Virus record (IMG/VR): IMGVR_UViG_3300037507_003370
Location: 64,001 to 128,000 of that record
Source: a virus
Taxonomy: Duplodnaviria > Caudoviricetes
Direction: 5' to 3' (one strand)
Length of the DNA stretch: 64,000 nucleotides
The position numbers were made by a program, and so were the translations under genes. The notes below the pieces were generated by a model that saw only the letters and a list, made by a program, of their open reading frames with translations, was not told the DNA's origin and ran no database searches. The stretch's first letter is position 1; each line of letters opens with the position of its first letter. Positions 63,226-64,000 of this stretch are shown piece by piece.

Positions 63226-64000
63226 CTATTATAAATCCACCAGAGTTATTTTTAGTTCTTGAAGTATTTAATAATTCCAATCTAGTTTTACCTTCTGTAA
63301 TCTTTGCACACCAGCCTTTCATATAGCAATTAATATAGTCATTATCATCCAATCCCCCTCCATGGCGACACACTAATGGCAATAATTTTCTATTACCACT
63401 CTCTGGGCCATCTTCTGCTATTTCCTCATCGCTCTTTCTCTTGAAAATACTGAAATTACTACATAGCCATATAATTCTATCAGAACCGCTAGCAGAATCT
63501 GTAGACTCTTTTGTTATACCGTCTCTGTTTAATTGTATAAATGCAACAATTGGCACCTGATACCTAACCGCAAAGTTGTGAAGGCTCGTCATCATAAATC
63601 CAAGTACTTGGTACTCTTTTAAGTCTTGGCTTATTCCAACGCTATCCATAAGCTTAAGATAATCATAAAATATTACGCAATCTTTTGCTTTTCCTTCCTC
63701 ATTTAATCCAACATCTTTAACTAGCCATCTACGCATTAATGCCAATTGATCTTCAAATGGTTTTCCTGCGATACTTTTATGATATAATTTGGTTTCTTTT
63801 ATCTCATTAACTGCAGAATATATTTTTTGTTTTTTCTCTGGCGATTCTGCAAATTTTCCAGTTTCTATCGAGTTTATTTCTGTTTCTGTAATCATTGCCA
63901 GTATTCTATTAACATGGTCTTCTTTATTCATTTCTGTATCCATATTTAATACAGGGATGCCTAATTTTGCGATATTGTAGCCCATATTGTCAGATAACAG
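63176..64000 (-). CDS. dnaB: DnaB-like replicative helicase, 5'-partial
   Basis: Frame is open to the window edge (LLSDNMGY, just after Walker A). Has VLNMDTEM, IFYDYLKL (Walker B), FIQLNR, SGSDRI. Confidence 0.92.
   Translation of the reverse strand: MLSDNMGYNIAKLGIPVLNMDTEMNKEDHVNRILAMITETEINSIETGKFAESPEKKQKIYSAVNEIKETKLYHKSIAGKPFEDQLALMRRWLVKDVGLNEEGKAKDCVIFYDYLKLMDSVGISQDLKEYQVLGFMMTSLHNFAVRYQVPIVAFIQLNRDGITKESTDSASGSDRIIWLCSNFSIFKRKSDEEIAEDGPESGNRKLLPLVCRHGGGLDDNDYINCYMKGWCAKITEGKTRLELLNTSRTKNNSGGFIIDESDTNQNEKDQIEFV

Larger units (their letters stand above)
1..64000. mobile_element. Segment of a large (probably jumbo-class) tailed bacteriophage genome: structural block on + strand, replication/modification block on - strand
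   Basis: Fibre/baseplate-like giant ORFs next to DnaB/DnaG/DnaE/SSB/dNMP kinase genes, tight operon packing, SD motifs, no housekeeping bacterial genes, one strand switch. Confidence 0.9.

Noticed and set aside
53172-63980. Plus-strand ORFs overlapping the replication genes (e.g. 53172-53759, 53659-53964, 58791-59006, 62165-62496)
   Set aside because: They are antisense to strongly supported genes, hydrophobic or low-information, and show no motifs.
1-64000. Eukaryotic giant virus (NCLDV) or bacterial chromosome origin
   Set aside because: RCC1, FN3 and fibre repeats occur in giant viruses, but DnaE/DnaB/DnaG/SSB, SD sites and coupled operons point to a bacteriophage. A T4-like dNMP kinase and the absence of housekeeping genes argue against a chromosome.

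Overview
The window is a gene-dense, AT-rich segment of a large tailed bacteriophage genome, with standard code 11, AGGA-type Shine-Dalgarno sites and many overlapping stop/start codons. It has two convergent blocks that meet with no gap at 44787/44788. The + strand block (1-44787) is a virion tail/fibre region. It encodes very large mosaic proteins (up to 2957 aa) built from Thr/Pro-rich mucin-like stalks, FN3, LamG, RCC1 propellers, FGE-sulfatase/C-type-lectin folds (one circularly permuted), dockerin-like Ca-binding motifs and a CotH-family kinase domain, followed by probable baseplate/tail-hub proteins. The - strand block (44788-64000) is a bacterial-type replication operon. It contains a DnaB helicase (cut by the window edge), DnaG-type primase, dNMP kinase, PD-(D/E)XK nuclease, a DNA polymerase III alpha (DnaE) split into two intein-free genes at the palm/fingers boundary, a DnaQ-like exonuclease and SSB. 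These are followed by eight glycosyltransferase/nucleotidyltransferase-like genes, a Vsr-like endonuclease and a putative annealing protein. No tRNA, rRNA, CRISPR array or reverse transcriptase was seen. All domain calls come from motif recognition by eye, not database searches. The most notable items are the split DnaE with intervening genes, a possible phage-encoded glycosylation system for the mucin-like fibres, the CotH kinase and permuted lectin fold in the 2957-aa protein, and a probable non-AUG start codon.
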